This document shows positions 61,568 to 64,000 of a DNA stretch of 64,000 nt, one piece after another (positions within the stretch are counted from its first letter, which is position 1; every line of letters begins with the position of its first letter). Both the position numbers and the translations under genes were made by a program. This stretch comes from Alphaproteobacteria bacterium (GTDB lineage Bacteria; Pseudomonadota; Alphaproteobacteria; UBA7887), in NCBI GenBank assembly GCA_965216755.1, contig CBDCGL010000011.1, positions 1,408,001 to 1,472,000 on the forward strand, written 5' to 3'. Below the pieces are notes generated by a model, which was not told the origin of the DNA, did no database searches, and saw nothing but the letters and a program-made list of their open reading frames with translations.

Positions 61568-62602
61568 ATGATTTTTCGCCAATTGTTTGATTCGACGTCC
61601 AGCACGTACACCTACCTCATGGCCAGCCGTCGCGGCGGCGAGGCCGTCATCATCGATCCCGTACTGGATAAGGTGGATCGGTATTTGCAGTTGCTACAAG
61701 AACTCGGCCTGCGCCTCGTGAAAGCACTCGATACTCATGTCCATGCCGACCATATTACGGGCCTGGGCGCGTTGCGCGACCGCACACGGTGCATCACAGT
61801 CATGGGTGCGGAAAGTGCCGTCGACGTTGTCTCGCTACGCGTCGCCGACGGCGAAACCGTCGACATTGAAGGGATTTCGCTACAAGCCGTCTATACGCCG
61901 GGCCATACCAGCGATTCGTACTGCTTTCTTTGCGAGGACCGGCTGTTCACCGGCGACACTCTGTTGATTCGCGGGACCGGACGCACAGACTTTCAGAATG
62001 GCGACCCGGTTGCGCAATATGATTCGATTTTCAATAAATTGCTGAAACTGCCGGATGACACTCTGGTTTATCCGGCCCATGACTATAAGGGCGAAACAGT
62101 TAGCACCATTGCCGAGGAACGGGCTTTCAACCCGCGCCTCCAAGTCTCGTCGGTCGACGAGTATGTCGACCAGATGAACGCCCTTAAGCTGCCCAATCCC
62201 AAACTGATGGATGTGGCGGTGCCGGCGAATCTACATATCGGGTTGCCGCAAGACGAGGTTGATCGCAAGGGCTGGTCAATGACGGTTGCGGACGCCCGCA
62301 AGTGCTTGGAAAGGCATGACACGGTGTTGGTGGATCTTCGGGACAATGCAGAGCGTGATCGCCACGGCGTTATCCCGGGCTCCGTACACGCGCTCTACAA
62401 AGATCTAGATGAGAATATTCGCCCCGGCGGGATGCTCTATGAGCTCGCGACCGCCACCGGCCGCGCCTTGGTGTTTTATTGTGCGTATGGCGAGCGTTCA
62501 GCCATGGCTGTGCAAGCCGCGCGCGAATGCGGTTTGGACAACTCAAAACATTTGAAGGGCGGAATTGACGCCTGGAAAAAGGACAACGCGCCCATCGCGT
62601 AG
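61568..62602 (+). CDS. persulfide dioxygenase (ETHE1-like MBL fold) fused to rhodanese
   Basis: FRQLFD, THVHADH, TPGHT, GRTDFQ, PAHDY; rhodanese FYCAYGERS, LKGGI. Confidence 0.9.
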   Translation: MIFRQLFDSTSSTYTYLMASRRGGEAVIIDPVLDKVDRYLQLLQELGLRLVKALDTHVHADHITGLGALRDRTRCITVMGAESAVDVVSLRVADGETVDIEGISLQAVYTPGHTSDSYCFLCEDRLFTGDTLLIRGTGRTDFQNGDPVAQYDSIFNKLLKLPDDTLVYPAHDYKGETVSTIAEERAFNPRLQVSSVDEYVDQMNALKLPNPKLMDVAVPANLHIGLPQDEVDRKGWSMTVADARKCLERHDTVLVDLRDNAERDRHGVIPGSVHALYKDLDENIRPGGMLYELATATGRALVFYCAYGERSAMAVQAARECGLDNSKHLKGGIDAWKKDNAPIA

Positions 62603-62630
62603 CGACGGCGGCTGGCCGGGCTGCATGTCG

Positions 62631-63194
62631 CTACTGCGTCAAGGCCGCAAAGGCCGGAACGCGCCAATCTCCGAACCATTTGGCAAAGCCCGGGCCGTCG
62701 CCTGGCAGGAACAGGTCGCTGTGGAACCGGGCGCCGCCGGTGATCCCCGCGTACCGGCCGGTTCCATCTATCCACTCGACCTTGCCTTCGCAGCGCGCAT
62801 CTGAGGTCATCATGGCGCCGGTCCGGCATTGCCACTCGGCAATCGCGCTGTCGCCGTCAGCCGCCGTGAACAGACATCGCCCGCTGACCTGCTCCACATT
62901 CGTAAATCCACAAGAGAATGCGCGGCCGGGCGCGGCATAGCCCTCAAATTCACAGGCGACTTCGGCATCGGCAAAAATTCCCGCGTCATCGCCCGTCACA
63001 ACGCCCAAATAGCGGCCCGAAAAGGTCTCCTCCTCGCTCAATTCATCGCCGAAGACTTCAACCTCCGGGGCTGCCGTAAACTCGACCACGAACTCCTGCT
63101 TCTTGGCACCAGCGTCGCCCGCTAGCCCGTCGCCAGGCATCAGAATAAGGCCCATCACGCTTACGGCCAGAAGCTGAACACCAATAGGGGCCAT
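62631..63194 (-). CDS. hypothetical exported Cys-containing beta-barrel protein
   Basis: Signal peptide; GTGRYAGITG motif resembling dirigent/AOC-type barrels; five Cys. Confidence 0.6.
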   Translation of the reverse strand: MAPIGVQLLAVSVMGLILMPGDGLAGDAGAKKQEFVVEFTAAPEVEVFGDELSEEETFSGRYLGVVTGDDAGIFADAEVACEFEGYAAPGRAFSCGFTNVEQVSGRCLFTAADGDSAIAEWQCRTGAMMTSDARCEGKVEWIDGTGRYAGITGGARFHSDLFLPGDGPGFAKWFGDWRVPAFAALTQ

Positions 63195-63276
63195 GACTTG
63201 CCTTCTCTCGCGCGCCGAAAGCGCTATCGCACGTTCAACACGGTATGGGACTTAATGATCAACAACATATCACAAT

Positions 63277-64000
63277 TCATTGTGGCCGCGTCACGGGTTG
63301 CCCCATCTTGCTACTCGGTAGCTGATCCGACGGCCGGCCAAATAGATAACCTTGGCCATAGCGCACGCCACTATCCATCAAGAACGCTGCAGTCGCCTCG
63401 TCTTCGACCATCTCCGCAACAGTCTCAATTTCCAAATCACCGCACAACGCCGTCATGGCCTTTAGAAAGGCGCGCGCTTGCCGATCTTCAAGCGCATTTC
63501 GAACGTAGGCCCCGTCTATCTTCACCAAATCGACCTGCAAGGCGCGCAGGTACTGGAACGCGGCCGCGCCGGCGCCGAAATCGTCCAAACAGACCGGATT
63601 GCCGCCAGCGCGCAGCTCCTGCAGCACTTCGTTGGCAGCTTGCAAGTCTGTAATCTCTGATGTTTCAGTGATTTCGAACATCAAAAATCGCCTTTCGGCC
63701 GGATGCCGCTTCAGCACAGTGCGAAGCGTATCGACGAAGAGGGGGTTGCCGAGCGAGCGACCGGAAATGTTCACCGCGACCGACGGTGCGCGGTCATCAC
63801 GTAGACCCTGAGAAACGGCCTCAATCACACGCTCGCATATGGCTAGATCGAGCTCGCTGATTACGCCCACATCTTCGGCCAAGATGATCGTTTCCATCGG
63901 CGAAAGCTGTTGTTCGGGGTGATCGAACCGCGCCAATGCTTCAAAATGGTGGATGGCGCGGGTCTCTAAGTCGATGATCGGTTGGAACGCGATTGTAAAC
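63277..64000 (-). CDS. EAL-domain protein (5' end outside the window)
   Basis: Frame open to the window edge: FQPIIDL...FEALAR, EITE, DDFGAG, KIDG, QGYLFGRP. Confidence 0.9.
   Translation of the reverse strand, partial: FTIAFQPIIDLETRAIHHFEALARFDHPEQQLSPMETIILAEDVGVISELDLAICERVIEAVSQGLRDDRAPSVAVNISGRSLGNPLFVDTLRTVLKRHPAERRFLMFEITETSEITDLQAANEVLQELRAGGNPVCLDDFGAGAAAFQYLRALQVDLVKIDGAYVRNALEDRQARAFLKAMTALCGDLEIETVAEMVEDEATAAFLMDSGVRYGQGYLFGRPSDQLPSSKMGQPVTRPQ

Overview
GC-rich bacterial chromosomal DNA, densely coding with about 57 genes. The gene types (ChvI/ChvG-like pair, DUF1194, TRAP system, a CtrA-like box) point to an alphaproteobacterium. I found no rRNA, tRNA, CRISPR array or transposase. 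Main blocks: (1) catabolic and redox genes (3-hydroxyacid dehydrogenase, orphan molybdo-hydroxylase large subunit, SDRs, VOC proteins, amidohydrolase/acyl-CoA ligase/RidA, pobA, a TRAP transporter followed by a MetE-C-terminal-like enzyme); (2) a glycan-modification group (GT11, Gfo/Idh/MocA, GT2, GMC oxidoreductase); (3) a minus-strand cluster at 30.2-39.5 kb encoding a PQQ dehydrogenase with the lanthanide-type D-Y-D-G motif but unusual active-site substitutions, an XoxJ-like binding protein, a cytochrome c and a Sel1 protein, preceded by an exported HEAT-repeat protein, a DUF1194 VWA/MIDAS protein and a NosR/NirI-like FMN/4Fe-4S membrane protein, with no nosZ or nirS in the window; (4) prkA/yeaG-yeaH-spoVR; (5) lpxB separated from its usual neighbours, next to a GnnA-like dehydrogenase and a methyltransferase; (6) a two-component system and c-di-GMP genes, plus two probable pseudogenes (an EAL fragment and an MCP remnant). 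Block 3 is the best candidate for an undescribed system. All calls come from motifs recognised by eye; no database searches were run.
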